Under the pieces are notes generated by a model. That model saw only the letters and a list, made by a program, of their open reading frames with translations. It did not search any database and had not been told where the DNA came from. This document shows, piece after piece, positions 29,499 to 39,985 of a DNA stretch of 62,090 bases; position 1 is the stretch's first letter; each line of letters starts with the position of its first letter. A program made the position numbers and the translations under genes. The stretch is from Candidatus Aenigmatarchaeota archaeon (GTDB lineage Archaea > Aenigmatarchaeota > Aenigmatarchaeia > GW2011-AR5 > JAGGXF01): NCBI GenBank assembly GCA_021163205.1, contig JAGGXF010000014.1, positions 1-62,090 on the forward strand, given 5' to 3'.

Positions 29499-30603
29499 AA
29501 TAATAGAAAACAGGGTTATCTTTGGTGGTACATTGGGTTTTTTCAAGTCCGTTCTGACAGGATTTTCTATGATGCTATTGCCAATGTATTTCTCTATGCT
29601 GAATATCTCTCTTGTTTCCTATGCTCTTCTTCTCACGATTGGAGACGCAATTGCTTTTCTGATAAAACCAATTATAGGACATTTTTCAGACAAGCATGGT
29701 GAAAAAATATTTTTGATTGGTGGTATAATTTTATACACCTTTTCTTTGTTTCTTATCGGTCAGACAACATCTGTTTTTAATATAGCGCTTCTCCAGGTAA
29801 TCGCTGGTATATCAAGTGCATTCCTACTATCAATCATAATAATATTTGCTCTTAGAAATGTTCAAAAAAAGCCAGATAGGGCTGTTGGGCTTTTTGGAGC
29901 AATACAAAGCGCTGGGTGGATATTCGGACTATTGCTGCCGGGATTTATCATAGATAGAGTTGGAATAAAGACCGTTTTCTATTTATGTCCCGTATTGGGC
30001 ATTGTCCTTAGTCTTCTGGTTTTGAAGGTTAAAACAAAAATTAAGCCGAGCAAATTCTCTTTCAGCTTTGTAAAAAAGATTCCTCTTCCCTTAATATATA
30101 AAACAATAGACATGGCTGTATTCAACGCATTTCTGATATTCTTCATAAGATATGCTCTGAAGATCCTGGCATTAAGCAAAAGTATGATTTCTATGATTGT
30201 TGCATTTGAGTGTCTTGTTTTCGCAGTTTCAGAGTATGGTCTCAGTAGAATCTCAAATAAGCAGAAAAGAAAGCAATGGATACCTATAGGCATGATGATT
30301 CATGGTTTGGGCATTGCCACCATGCTTTTCGGATCGTCGCTTTCTCATTACTTTGTCGCGGCTGGTCTGATCGGCTTCGCTGGTGCGTTCATAGACATCT
30401 GGGTGTATTCATACATAAGTGAAAAAGTTGGTATCAAAGATAAGGGTAAGACAATAGGAACTGTTGAGTGGAGTAGAGAGCTTGGAACGATTTTCGGGGC
30501 ACAGGTCCCAATGTGGTTCAGCTTTTTGGCAGTCAATCCGTTTGCATCGATTTTCGTATTTCCTTTTATAGGTTTAGTTACACATTTAATTAAGAAAAAC
30601 TGA
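29488..30603 (+). CDS. MFS transporter
   Basis: About 11-12 TM helices with MFS motif A-like GHFSDKHGEK. Confidence 0.85.
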   Translation: MGNKIIENRVIFGGTLGFFKSVLTGFSMMLLPMYFSMLNISLVSYALLLTIGDAIAFLIKPIIGHFSDKHGEKIFLIGGIILYTFSLFLIGQTTSVFNIALLQVIAGISSAFLLSIIIIFALRNVQKKPDRAVGLFGAIQSAGWIFGLLLPGFIIDRVGIKTVFYLCPVLGIVLSLLVLKVKTKIKPSKFSFSFVKKIPLPLIYKTIDMAVFNAFLIFFIRYALKILALSKSMISMIVAFECLVFAVSEYGLSRISNKQKRKQWIPIGMMIHGLGIATMLFGSSLSHYFVAAGLIGFAGAFIDIWVYSYISEKVGIKDKGKTIGTVEWSRELGTIFGAQVPMWFSFLAVNPFASIFVFPFIGLVTHLIKKN

Positions 30604-30616
30604 AAGGGTGTGGTAA

Positions 30617-31000
30617 ATGAAAGTCTTGGTTGTTGTTGGGAGCAAATCTGATATGGAAATCGCCAACAAAACAATAAGTGTACTTGAAGAGTATGGTATA
30701 GAGTATGACCTGGAGATAGCATCTGCGCACAGAGAACCAGAAAAAGTGGAAGAGCTTGCAAAAAAAGATTATGATGTGTTTATCGCAATAGCCGGATTGT
30801 CAGCAGCGCTTCCTGGTTTCATTGCATCTCATACTAAAAAGCCTGTTATTGGTGTTCCTGTTTCAGCAAAACTCGGCGGTCTAGATGCACTTTTATCAAT
30901 AGCACAGATGCCAAAGGGGGTTCCCGTTGCTTGTGTGGGTATCGATAACGGACAGAATGCGGCACATCTCGCTGCTCGTATAATGGGTGTAGAAAAGTAG
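30617..31000 (+). CDS. purE: AIR carboxylase / N5-CAIR mutase
   Basis: [33 protein letters not shown] motifs. Confidence 0.94.
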   Translation: MKVLVVVGSKSDMEIANKTISVLEEYGIEYDLEIASAHREPEKVEELAKKDYDVFIAIAGLSAALPGFIASHTKKPVIGVPVSAKLGGLDALLSIAQMPKGVPVACVGIDNGQNAAHLAARIMGVEK

Positions 31001-31053
31001 TTTATAGTGGTAAGCCGGTTGGTTTCAAGTCACGAAACCCGGGGGTATAAGAT

Positions 31054-31953
31054 ATGAAGCTCTTGAAAAGTGGAAAAGTTAAAGACGTTTACGAATACGA
31101 TGAAAATATGTTGAAGTTTATTTTTTCTGATAGAATATCAGTTTTTGATAAAATAATACCAAGCGAGATTCCACGAAAAGGAGAAACTCTCTGCAAAACA
31201 AGTGCATTCTGGTTTGAAAAACTTGAAAAGATGGGAATCAAGACACATTTTATAAAAACTGAAGGCCAGAATGGGATGATAGTCAAAAGATTTAGAGTCA
31301 TTGAAAAACCCACGATAGAAGATAAGAACTACTTCATACCTCTGGAGGTAATATGTCGCTGGTTTGTTGCCGGGTCCTTGTTTGATAGAATAAAACGTGG
31401 TGAAATCAAACCGGAAGTTCTCGGATTTGAACATGATCACAAAATCAAGTATGGAGAAAGAATACCAAAACCGTTTGTGGAGTTTACAACAAAACTTGAA
31501 AAAGTTGATAGAGAATTGACTGAAGAAGAAGCAGCAAAGCTAGCCGGCCTGACGAAAGAAGATATAGAAAGGATAAAAGATTTGGTTATAAAAATAGACC
31601 AGATAATAGCAAATCAAGTCGAAAAAAACGGTCTATTGCATGTCGATGGAAAAAAGGAGTTTGCCTTCGATGAAAATCGTGAGATTGTTATAGTTGATAC
31701 ATTCGGCACCGCGGATGAAGACCGTTGGTGGGATAAAAAAGAATATGAAAAAGGAAACATAATTCAACTCAGTAAAGAGTTTGTTCGTCAATATTACAGA
31801 AAAACAGGATATAAAGAAAAGTTGGATAAGGCACGTAAAAAAGGTGAAGATATTCCTATTCCCCCACTTCCAGAACAACTGGTGGAAGAAACGAGCAAAC
31901 TTTACATTCAGCTCTTCGAAAGAATAACTGGCAAGAAATTACCACAAATATAA
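31054..31953 (+). CDS. purC: SAICAR synthetase
   Basis: GKVKDVY, SDRISVFD, DGKKEF, DEDRWW, SKEFVRQ motifs. Confidence 0.94.
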   Translation: MKLLKSGKVKDVYEYDENMLKFIFSDRISVFDKIIPSEIPRKGETLCKTSAFWFEKLEKMGIKTHFIKTEGQNGMIVKRFRVIEKPTIEDKNYFIPLEVICRWFVAGSLFDRIKRGEIKPEVLGFEHDHKIKYGERIPKPFVEFTTKLEKVDRELTEEEAAKLAGLTKEDIERIKDLVIKIDQIIANQVEKNGLLHVDGKKEFAFDENREIVIVDTFGTADEDRWWDKKEYEKGNIIQLSKEFVRQYYRKTGYKEKLDKARKKGEDIPIPPLPEQLVEETSKLYIQLFERITGKKLPQI

Positions 31954-31988
31954 GTTCGTGTATAAACTCATGCCTAAGGTTGTGTTTT

Positions 31989-33347
31989 ATGATTCATCCG
32001 ACCGACTATAGATACCTTGTAAAAGACCTCGAGCAATACTTATCAGACGAGGCTTTTCTTCAATACAAACTTGAAATCGAGGCTGCTTACATTGAAACAC
32101 TGGCAGAAATAGGAGTATGCCCAAAGGATGTGGCAGAAGAGATTGTAAAAAAAACGAATATTAAAATAGTAACGCCCGAACTGGTCAGGAAAAAAGAAGC
32201 TAAACTAAAACACGATATCCGAGCGATGGTATCTATTCTAGCTGATAATGTGTCTGACAAAGCCAAACCTTTTGTTCATCTCGGGCTTACGTCTTACGAT
32301 GTAGTAAACACAGCGCAGGCACTGATGCTGAAAGATGTGACTAAAAAAATAATACTGCCCAGCATGATAGAACTTGAAAAGAAGTTGATTGAACTCGCTG
32401 AAAACCATAAAGACACTATCCAGATTGGGAGAACGCATGGACAACACGCAGAACCTATAACATTTGGTTTCTACCTATCTGGTTATGTTGACCGTTTGGG
32501 AGAGGCAATCGAAAAAATAAGAAAATCTTCAGAGGAACTGCGGGGCAAGGTAAGTGGAGCTGTTGGAACAAAAGCCGCGCTGAAGATCATTTATGAATCT
32601 CCTGAAAAAATCGAAAAGATTATGATGGATAAACTGGGACTGAAACCAGCAAGAATATCAACACAGATTGTTCCACCAGAATATCTAGCAGACTATCTTT
32701 CTCAGATTATAATAGCGTTTTCAATAATAGCTGATCTTGCAAATGACATGAGACAGCTACAGAGAACGGAAATAGCTGAAGTTTCTGAGATGTTTAGCCA
32801 AGAACAAGTCGGGTCTTCGACAATGCCTCAAAAAAGAAACCCCGTAAGCTGGGAAAACATAGTCTCGCAGTGGAAGGCAGTAATGCCACACATCGTTTCT
32901 GTCTATATGGATATCTTATCAGAACATCAAAGAGACCTTACGAATTCTGCATCGTCTAGGTATTATATACCAGAGATAATAAACGCGTTCGTTTATTCTA
33001 TCAAGAGAACCAAAAAAAATATGGACAACCTCGTTGTAAACAAAGAACGCATGCTGATGAATCTTAAAATGACCGGAATGATAGCCGCAGAACCTCTTTA
33101 CATAATACTTGCTATGAGCGGCCATCCTGATGCTCATAAATATGTAAAAGACCTTGTTAGTAAATCTATTGAAAAAAAGATTTCACTTCTGGAAATGGTA
33201 AAAAAAGATGAAAAAATTCGGGAACTTATGGAAAACATGCCGGAAGAGAAGATAAAGACAATTCGCAACATAGAAACATACATAGGCACGGCAACAAAAA
33301 CCACAGAAAAAATAACAAAACTTTGGAGAGCCAAGCTTGGTCTCTGA
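31989..33347 (+). CDS. purB: Adenylosuccinate lyase
   Basis: HLGLTSYD, GRTHGQHAEP, GSSTMPQKRNP motifs. Confidence 0.94.
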   Translation: MIHPTDYRYLVKDLEQYLSDEAFLQYKLEIEAAYIETLAEIGVCPKDVAEEIVKKTNIKIVTPELVRKKEAKLKHDIRAMVSILADNVSDKAKPFVHLGLTSYDVVNTAQALMLKDVTKKIILPSMIELEKKLIELAENHKDTIQIGRTHGQHAEPITFGFYLSGYVDRLGEAIEKIRKSSEELRGKVSGAVGTKAALKIIYESPEKIEKIMMDKLGLKPARISTQIVPPEYLADYLSQIIIAFSIIADLANDMRQLQRTEIAEVSEMFSQEQVGSSTMPQKRNPVSWENIVSQWKAVMPHIVSVYMDILSEHQRDLTNSASSRYYIPEIINAFVYSIKRTKKNMDNLVVNKERMLMNLKMTGMIAAEPLYIILAMSGHPDAHKYVKDLVSKSIEKKISLLEMVKKDEKIRELMENMPEEKIKTIRNIETYIGTATKTTEKITKLWRAKLGL

Positions 33348-33378
33348 ACACAATTATTTACACAATCGTGGTGAGAAA

Positions 33379-34416
33379 ATGGGAATGACATACTCAAAGG
33401 CTGGTGTTGATATAGATAGAGAAGCCACCTCGATAAAATGTCTCGTTGATATCATTAAAAAAAGCTTCGAGTTCAGGCGTGGAAAGCCAGGGGAACCGAA
33501 ATCAGAGATAGGCCACTTCGCAAATTTTATAGAATTCGACGATAAATATCTCGTTCTTTCTTCAGATGGTGTTGGAACAAAAGTCCTGGTCGCACAGCTC
33601 GCCAATAAATATGACACCATTGGCATAGACATGATTGCAATGAACGTTAATGATATCATTTGTGTTGGTGCGGAGCCGATAGCACTTGTTGACTATCTAG
33701 CTATGGAAAAGGTCGATCCAGAAATAATGAGAGAGCTAGGTATAGGCCTTTTGGAAGGAGCAAAACAGGCAGACATCGCAATAGTGGGTGGTGAAACAGC
33801 AACACTAAAAGATATAATAAAAGGAATCGACCATAAGGGATTTGACCTGGCAGGTGCTGCTCTCGGCTTTGTAGAAAAAAATCGTTTAGTTCTCGGAGAT
33901 AAGATAGAACCGGGAGATAAAATAATCGGTTTGGCAAGTTCTGGTATCCACACCAACGGGCTGACTTTGGCTAGGAAGGTTATCTTTGAAAAATATACAA
34001 TAAATGAAAAGCTGCCGTGGAAAAAAACAGTTGCTGAAGAACTTTTAACACCAACAAGAATATATGTGAAACCTGTCCTTGAGATGCTGAAAAAAGATTT
34101 TAATAATATTCATGGGCTCGCCCACATAACCGGTGGTGGTTTCCTGAATATAAAAAGACTTAATAAAAATGTCGGTTATAACATAAAAAAACTTTTACCA
34201 ATACCAAAAATATTTTCCGAGATACAGAAACTTGGCGATATTGATGAGAAAGAGATGTTCAGAACATTTAACATGGGTATTGGCTTTTGCGTAATAGCAA
34301 AAAAGGAAGAAGAAATAATGAAGATCGCAAAGAAGTATAATATAGAAGCATCTGTTATAGGAGATGTGGACTCAACAAAAAAGATATTGATAGAAGAGTA
34401 TGATGTAGAACTATAG
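33379..34416 (+). CDS. purM: AIR synthetase
   Basis: [39 protein letters not shown] motifs. Confidence 0.95.
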   Translation: MGMTYSKAGVDIDREATSIKCLVDIIKKSFEFRRGKPGEPKSEIGHFANFIEFDDKYLVLSSDGVGTKVLVAQLANKYDTIGIDMIAMNVNDIICVGAEPIALVDYLAMEKVDPEIMRELGIGLLEGAKQADIAIVGGETATLKDIIKGIDHKGFDLAGAALGFVEKNRLVLGDKIEPGDKIIGLASSGIHTNGLTLARKVIFEKYTINEKLPWKKTVAEELLTPTRIYVKPVLEMLKKDFNNIHGLAHITGGGFLNIKRLNKNVGYNIKKLLPIPKIFSEIQKLGDIDEKEMFRTFNMGIGFCVIAKKEEEIMKIAKKYNIEASVIGDVDSTKKILIEEYDVEL

Positions 34417-34424
34417 GTGATTTT

Positions 34425-35384
34425 GTGATAGGATTCAAACCAGAAAAGTTTATCGAAGAAGCCGTGAAGGAGATAAAAAACAGTGTTGACGGGAATGTGA
34501 TAATTGCCTGGTCTGGTGGAGTCGATTCAACTACAACATCAGTTTTGGTAAATAAGGCGGTCGGTGAACGTCTTCTATGTATTTTCGTCGATACTGGCTT
34601 TATGCGAAAGAATGAACCAGAAAGAATGAAAGAAATTGGCAAGGCCCTTGGCCTTAGAATAAAAATGGTTGACGCCAAGAACAGATTTCTCTCGGCCTTG
34701 AAAGGTGTGAAAGACCCGGAGAAAAAGAGGAAAATATGTGGAGAACTTTTCATAAGGATATTCGAAGAAGAGGCAAGAAATTTCGAGGCAAAATACCTGG
34801 CTCAGGGAACGATAGCACCAGACTGGATAGAATCTGGCGGTGGAATAAGAGATACTATCAAATCACACCACAATGTTGGTGGTCTGCCTGAAAAAATGGG
34901 ACTCAAGCTCATTGAGCCACTAAGAGAGCTGTATAAAGACGAAGTGAGAAAGGTCGGAAAAGTTCTTGGCATACCAAAAGAAATATATACGAGACAGCCA
35001 TTTCCGGGACCAGGTCTTGCCATAAGAATAGTGGGAGAGGTTACAGAAGAGCGTGTGAATATAATAAGAGAAGCGTGCGCAATAACAGAAAAAGAAATAG
35101 AATCTGCTGTTGCAGAAGGAAAAATGGAGAAACCGTGGCAATACTTTGCAGTTCTTCTGCCAACAAAAAGCGTTGGTGTACATGGTGATGTAAGAGCATA
35201 TGGATATACGGTCGTCATAAGGGCGGTAGATAGTATAGATGGTATGTCCGCAGCTTATAGTAAAATACCACATGAGGTGTTGCAGAAAATCTCAACAAAG
35301 ATAACGAACGAGCTAAAAGATAAAGTTACCCGTGTCGTGTACGATATAACGAACAAACCTCCCGGAACCATAGAATATATATGA
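34425..35384 (+). CDS. guaAB: GMP synthase subunit B (ATP pyrophosphatase)
   Basis: [39 protein letters not shown] motifs. Confidence 0.94.
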   Translation: MIGFKPEKFIEEAVKEIKNSVDGNVIIAWSGGVDSTTTSVLVNKAVGERLLCIFVDTGFMRKNEPERMKEIGKALGLRIKMVDAKNRFLSALKGVKDPEKKRKICGELFIRIFEEEARNFEAKYLAQGTIAPDWIESGGGIRDTIKSHHNVGGLPEKMGLKLIEPLRELYKDEVRKVGKVLGIPKEIYTRQPFPGPGLAIRIVGEVTEERVNIIREACAITEKEIESAVAEGKMEKPWQYFAVLLPTKSVGVHGDVRAYGYTVVIRAVDSIDGMSAAYSKIPHEVLQKISTKITNELKDKVTRVVYDITNKPPGTIEYI

Positions 35385-35402
35385 ATCATTATCTGTTGTT
35401 GG

Positions 35403-35972
35403 GTGATTGATGTGCGTGTTTTGGTCGTTGATAATGGGGGTCAATGGACTCACAGGGAGTACCGTGTGTTGAGATACTTGGGTTGTGAAACAGAAATAAT
35501 TCCAAACACCACTCCATTAGAAAAGATAGACGCTGATGGACTTATTCTTTCAGGTGGCGCGCCAAGAATAATATCAGAAGCTGAAAAACTAGGTTTTTGT
35601 AGAGATTATATAAAAAATTTTAACAAGCCGTTGATGGGGATATGTGTTGGTCATCAGCTGATGGCCCTCTCTTTCGGTGGAACTGTCGCAGCAGCAGATG
35701 TACCAGAATACGGAAAAGCTGAATTAATTGTCGATAAAACAAATGACTTGTTTTTAGGTTTGCCAAAAAGATTTGTTGTGTGGGAATCTCATAATGACGT
35801 TGTAAAAACATGCCCTGGTTTTGACATATTAGCTCACTCTGAGAATTGTCCTGTGCAAGCAATGAAACACAAAAAAAGACCACTCTATGGCCTACAGTTT
35901 CATCCAGAGGTTGAAAATACAGAATATGGATACGAAATATTCAAGAACTTTCTGAATGTTTGTAAAAAATAA
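35403..35972 (+). CDS. guaAA: GMP synthase subunit A (glutamine amidotransferase)
   Basis: DNGGQW, GICVGHQ, SHND, QFHPEV motifs. Confidence 0.94.
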   Translation: MIDVRVLVVDNGGQWTHREYRVLRYLGCETEIIPNTTPLEKIDADGLILSGGAPRIISEAEKLGFCRDYIKNFNKPLMGICVGHQLMALSFGGTVAAADVPEYGKAELIVDKTNDLFLGLPKRFVVWESHNDVVKTCPGFDILAHSENCPVQAMKHKKRPLYGLQFHPEVENTEYGYEIFKNFLNVCKK

Positions 35973-35987
35973 TCCAAGTAAAACAAG

Positions 35988-36584
35988 TTACTCCATATTC
36001 ATATGTCTTTTTCTCATATCCTTTTCTGTTTTACCAATTCTATTCATAAGCTCGACGACAACACCATCCAAAAACAATAAGCAAGAATCCTCGAATAATG
36101 TTCCCATTGGAGAAAGCGGTGAATCTTTTCCTTTTATCTGAGCTGCCAAGTAATCCTTTTCTTCTTTAAGTATGTCGTTCTTTGTGCGCCCTTTTATGCG
36201 TAGAACGATGTCTGATATTTTTGCCAGACTGGATTTTGTGTCTGATGTTATAGAAATTACTTTTGCGCCAAGTTTCTTTGCTGTTTTTGCCAACAGGACA
36301 ACAGACTCTGTCTTACCAGAGCCAGAGACACAAAACAAAACATCGCCTTTACCTATTGGGGGTGTTATAGTATCACCCACCGCAAAAACCTCTATACCAA
36401 GATGTGCCAGCCTTATGGCAAAAGCCTTTGAAACAAGACCAGAACGTCCAGTACCATAAACAAAAACCCTTCTCGCAGAAATAAGCTTTTCCATCAGCTG
36501 TTCTATCTGCTCTCCCTTTATATCTTCTGTGACTTTTTTAACATGCTGTAGGATTTCTTTAATAGCTTGCTTTGTCAATTTCAT
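35988..36584 (-). CDS. hxlB: 6-phospho-3-hexuloisomerase
   Basis: GTGRSG, SGSGKT, PMGTLFE, RHMNME motifs. Confidence 0.93.
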   Translation of the reverse strand: MKLTKQAIKEILQHVKKVTEDIKGEQIEQLMEKLISARRVFVYGTGRSGLVSKAFAIRLAHLGIEVFAVGDTITPPIGKGDVLFCVSGSGKTESVVLLAKTAKKLGAKVISITSDTKSSLAKISDIVLRIKGRTKNDILKEEKDYLAAQIKGKDSPLSPMGTLFEDSCLLFLDGVVVELMNRIGKTEKDMRKRHMNME

Positions 36585-36654
36585 GAAATCGCCTCTTCAT
36601 CGAAATATAAATATAATTACATATATAAACTTCATCCGAACAAAATTTTACGAC

Positions 36655-37668
36655 TTATGACAGCATATGTTTTATTTTCTTAGCAACAGCGCCGGGGTCT
36701 GACGCTTTAGTTATCGCGCCGCCGACTATTATAACTTCTGCACCGGCTTTTACGATGTTTTCGGCTGTATTCGGGTTTATGCCACCAGCACAGGCAACCG
36801 GTATAGTCACAGCAGCAGATATATTTTTTATGCTCTCTGGTGGGACCTCTTTTCCACGAACTTGATCATCTATGGGAACATGATAACATATATAATCTAC
36901 ACCCAAGTTTTCCAACTCTTTGGCTCTCTTAATAACGCCGTCCTCGCCCACATGATCACGTATACCAATTAGGTCAGCCATCGCCTTCTTTCCATGCTCT
37001 TTGGCAACGAGAACAGCTTTTTTTATCTCTTCGTCTGAAGTCGCAGCAATGATACATGCTATGTCTGCTCCTGCCTTGAAAGCAGCCTCGAACTCTTTAT
37101 CGGCAGAAGATATTGTTTTCAGATCAGCAACAATAACCTTGTCTGGATAACGTTCTCTTAATTTCTTAACAGCCTCAAGACCAATTTCCTTGAATTTATA
37201 GCCATGTATCTTTATCGCATCTTCAGGCATGTCAACAATAATGTCTTGCCATCTTGCTTTGATGTCTTTCATGCGGCTGAGCATCATATCCTTTCCGAGC
37301 AACTGCTCCATGCCTGTCTCGTCTATCAAAACCTTGATACCAGCTTCTTTCGCTGTATTTATACACTCTTCAAGCGTTGATAAAGGAGCAATTCCGGGTA
37401 TTAACACAATATCTGCGCCTGCGTTTATTGCCAAACCCATTTCGAGCTCTCCAACATCCATTGGTTTCATATCTAAAACAATTGTCTTGTCTGGGTTTTC
37501 GTCCCTTGTTTTTTTAACAAGAGACATACCAACTGCCTTGATAAGTGGTGTTCCCGCCTCAACAAAATCAATATAATCCTTGCAAGCATCTGCTATCTTT
37601 ATAGCATCTTCTATTTTCGTGAAATCGAGTGCCACTTGTAGTTTCGCTCTGACCATATGAGCATTCAC
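36655..37668 (-). CDS. hxlA: 3-hexulose-6-phosphate synthase with internal duplication
   Basis: LQVALD, EAGTPLIK, DMK..D and a second DLKT, AGADI twice, YH..ID, AGGI, IVGGAI motifs. Confidence 0.85.
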   Translation of the reverse strand: MNAHMVRAKLQVALDFTKIEDAIKIADACKDYIDFVEAGTPLIKAVGMSLVKKTRDENPDKTIVLDMKPMDVGELEMGLAINAGADIVLIPGIAPLSTLEECINTAKEAGIKVLIDETGMEQLLGKDMMLSRMKDIKARWQDIIVDMPEDAIKIHGYKFKEIGLEAVKKLRERYPDKVIVADLKTISSADKEFEAAFKAGADIACIIAATSDEEIKKAVLVAKEHGKKAMADLIGIRDHVGEDGVIKRAKELENLGVDYICYHVPIDDQVRGKEVPPESIKNISAAVTIPVACAGGINPNTAENIVKAGAEVIIVGGAITKASDPGAVAKKIKHMLS

Positions 37669-38106
37669 CTATTCATAAGTAATAGCGTTTATCTTTTTAA
37701 CCCTTTTAACATGTCTTCCGCCATCAAAATCTGTGCTAAGCCAAATATCGACTATCTTTAGTGCAAGCTCTTGGTCTATTAGTCTCGCTCCTATACATAA
37801 AATGTTTGCATCGTTGTGTCGTCTGCTCATTTCAGCAGATTTTTCATCCCAACAAACCGCTGCTCTTATCCCCGAGACCTTATTAGCAGCTATGCTCATG
37901 CCAATACCTGTGCCACATATGAGGATACCTTTTTCTGCCTCATTGCTTGAAACTGCTCTAGCAACCTTCTCTGCATAATCTGGATAGTCAACAGATTCTT
38001 CAGAAAAGCACCCATAATCTTTTATCTCTAGTCCCTTCTTTTCTAAATATTGCTTAATTTTTTCTTTCAGCCCAAAACCAGCATGGTCGCTTCCCAACGC
38101 TATCAT
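37669..38106 (-). CDS. rpiB: Ribose-5-phosphate isomerase B
   Basis: GSDHAG, DYPD, CGTGIG, ANKV.GIRA, HNDAN, GGRH motifs. Confidence 0.95.
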   Translation of the reverse strand: MIALGSDHAGFGLKEKIKQYLEKKGLEIKDYGCFSEESVDYPDYAEKVARAVSSNEAEKGILICGTGIGMSIAANKVSGIRAAVCWDEKSAEMSRRHNDANILCIGARLIDQELALKIVDIWLSTDFDGGRHVKRVKKINAITYE

Positions 38107-38226
38107 ATAATTACAACCTATTCACAACATATGTTTACTAAAACAACTAGGTGATTTGCCACACATTAGCTTGCATTTTAATAATTTAATAAATTATATA
38201 AATTAAATATTTTTGAGGTGTGGTAA

Positions 38227-39150
38227 TTGTTTGAAACTACGAAAAGTCTTAAAACAAAGTTGCTCGGTATAAATCTCTCAAACCCAACCATAATGCCCGC
38301 CGGTTTTCTTGGCGTTTCTGCCGACTCCCTAATAAGAGCCTATGAGAATGGCGCGGGCGCTGTTACGACAAAATCGATAAGTCTTGAAGAAAGAAATGGG
38401 CATGCAAATCCAACAGTGCTGTCGTTTGGATATGGTCTGATAAATGCCGTCGGTCTCTCGAATCCTGGAATAGACGAATACGTGGAAGAGATAAAAGAAG
38501 TCAAAAAGAGGAAGATTCCACTGATTCTCAATACAATAGGTGATGATAACCAAGACTTTGTCGATGTCGCAAAAATGGGAGAAGCAGCTGGTGTAGATAT
38601 TATCGAGATTAACATCTCCTGTCCCAATGTAGTTCACAGAAAACCATATTATGCTGACCCAGAGCTTCTAAGTGGTCTTGTTCAGGAGGTCAAAGATGCC
38701 GTGTCAATACCCATCATAGTTAAGCTTTCTCCAAATGTTACTAATATTAAAGAAATAGCAAAGGCTGTTGAGCTGGCCGGGGCAGACGGTATTTCAGCTA
38801 TAAACACCGTGGGTCCGGGGATGATAATAAACATAGAAACAGCAAAACCGGTGATGGCTTTCAAAAAAGGCGGGCTCTCTGGACCAGCAATAAAACCCAT
38901 CGCAATTCGTTGCGTTTATGATATATACGAAGCAGTTTCCATTCCAATAATCGGCATGGGTGGTATCACAAATGGAAGAGATTTGATAGAAATGATAATG
39001 GCTGGTGCAACTGCCGTTGGTGTCGGCTCTGCAATATATTACCGCGGTTTGGATGTTTTCAAAAAAATCTGTGCTGAAGCTCATGAATGGATGAGAGATA
39101 ATGGTTATAGTAGCATAAAACAAATAATAGGTGCTGCGCATGAGTCATAA
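38227..39150 (+). CDS. pyrD: Dihydroorotate dehydrogenase family 1B catalytic subunit
   Basis: NAVGLSNPG, NISCPN, KLSPN, INT, GGLSGPAIKP motifs; adjacent to pyrK. Confidence 0.94.
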   Translation: MFETTKSLKTKLLGINLSNPTIMPAGFLGVSADSLIRAYENGAGAVTTKSISLEERNGHANPTVLSFGYGLINAVGLSNPGIDEYVEEIKEVKKRKIPLILNTIGDDNQDFVDVAKMGEAAGVDIIEINISCPNVVHRKPYYADPELLSGLVQEVKDAVSIPIIVKLSPNVTNIKEIAKAVELAGADGISAINTVGPGMIINIETAKPVMAFKKGGLSGPAIKPIAIRCVYDIYEAVSIPIIGMGGITNGRDLIEMIMAGATAVGVGSAIYYRGLDVFKKICAEAHEWMRDNGYSSIKQIIGAAHES

Positions 39151-39976
39151 TACAGACCCCAATAATCTTGCTAATAATTTTGCGAAATACACGGCTCTGC
39201 CAAGAACTGTAAAAATAAAAAAAGTGGTCGATGAAACGAGAAAAATAAAAACTTTTTTTCTCGATACAAAGATTTGGGCAGCTCCGGGTCAGTTCATCAT
39301 GGTATGGATTCCCGGAGTTGATGAAAAACCTTTTGGCTTATCTTATATAGGAAATGATACTGCTATAACTATACAGCCTAAGGGGAAATTTACAAAAAAA
39401 ATGCTTGGACTTTCTGTCGGAGATAGAATAGGAGTAAGGGGACCTTATGGTAATGGATTCACGTTGAAAAAGAATGCATGCATCATTGCTGGGGGATGCG
39501 GAATCATACCGCTAGCACCGCTGGCTGAGATGATTAAAAATTGCGTAGTTATCATCGGTGCAAAGACGTCTGAGGATTTACTCTTTATAGAAAGAATGAG
39601 AAAAGCTTCCGAACTTTATATAGCAACAGATGATGGCTCCTCGGGAGCAAAAGGCTACGCAACAGACATATTAAGAAAACTTCTAAAAGAAAAAACATTT
39701 GATGTAATTTATACCTGTGGACCAGAGGCCATGATAAAATCCGTGTTTGATATAGCCGAAGAACATGGAATAGAAACCCAGGCTTCTCTCGAACGCTTTA
39801 TGAAGTGTGGCTTTGGGGTGTGTGGTCAGTGCGTCATAAATGGTTTTCGAGTCTGTAAAGATGGTCCTGTCTTCTCTTCAGAACAACTTAGAAAAATGAC
39901 AGAACTGGGAAAATTTGCGCGCCTTAAGAGTGGAAGAAAAGTAACAGTGAAAGAATACTACAACTGGAGAAGCTGA
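39140..39976 (+). CDS. pyrK: Dihydroorotate dehydrogenase electron-transfer subunit
   Basis: PGQF, RGPYGNG, TDDGS, CGP, MKCGFGVCGQC..VCKDGPVF motifs. Confidence 0.94.
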   Translation: MSHNTDPNNLANNFAKYTALPRTVKIKKVVDETRKIKTFFLDTKIWAAPGQFIMVWIPGVDEKPFGLSYIGNDTAITIQPKGKFTKKMLGLSVGDRIGVRGPYGNGFTLKKNACIIAGGCGIIPLAPLAEMIKNCVVIIGAKTSEDLLFIERMRKASELYIATDDGSSGAKGYATDILRKLLKEKTFDVIYTCGPEAMIKSVFDIAEEHGIETQASLERFMKCGFGVCGQCVINGFRVCKDGPVFSSEQLRKMTELGKFARLKSGRKVTVKEYYNWRS

Positions 39977-39985
39977 TAAAGGAGT

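Noticed and set aside
31001..31053. Hairpin between purE and purC as a ZTP or purine riboswitch
   Set aside because: Too short and lacks recognisable riboswitch consensus.
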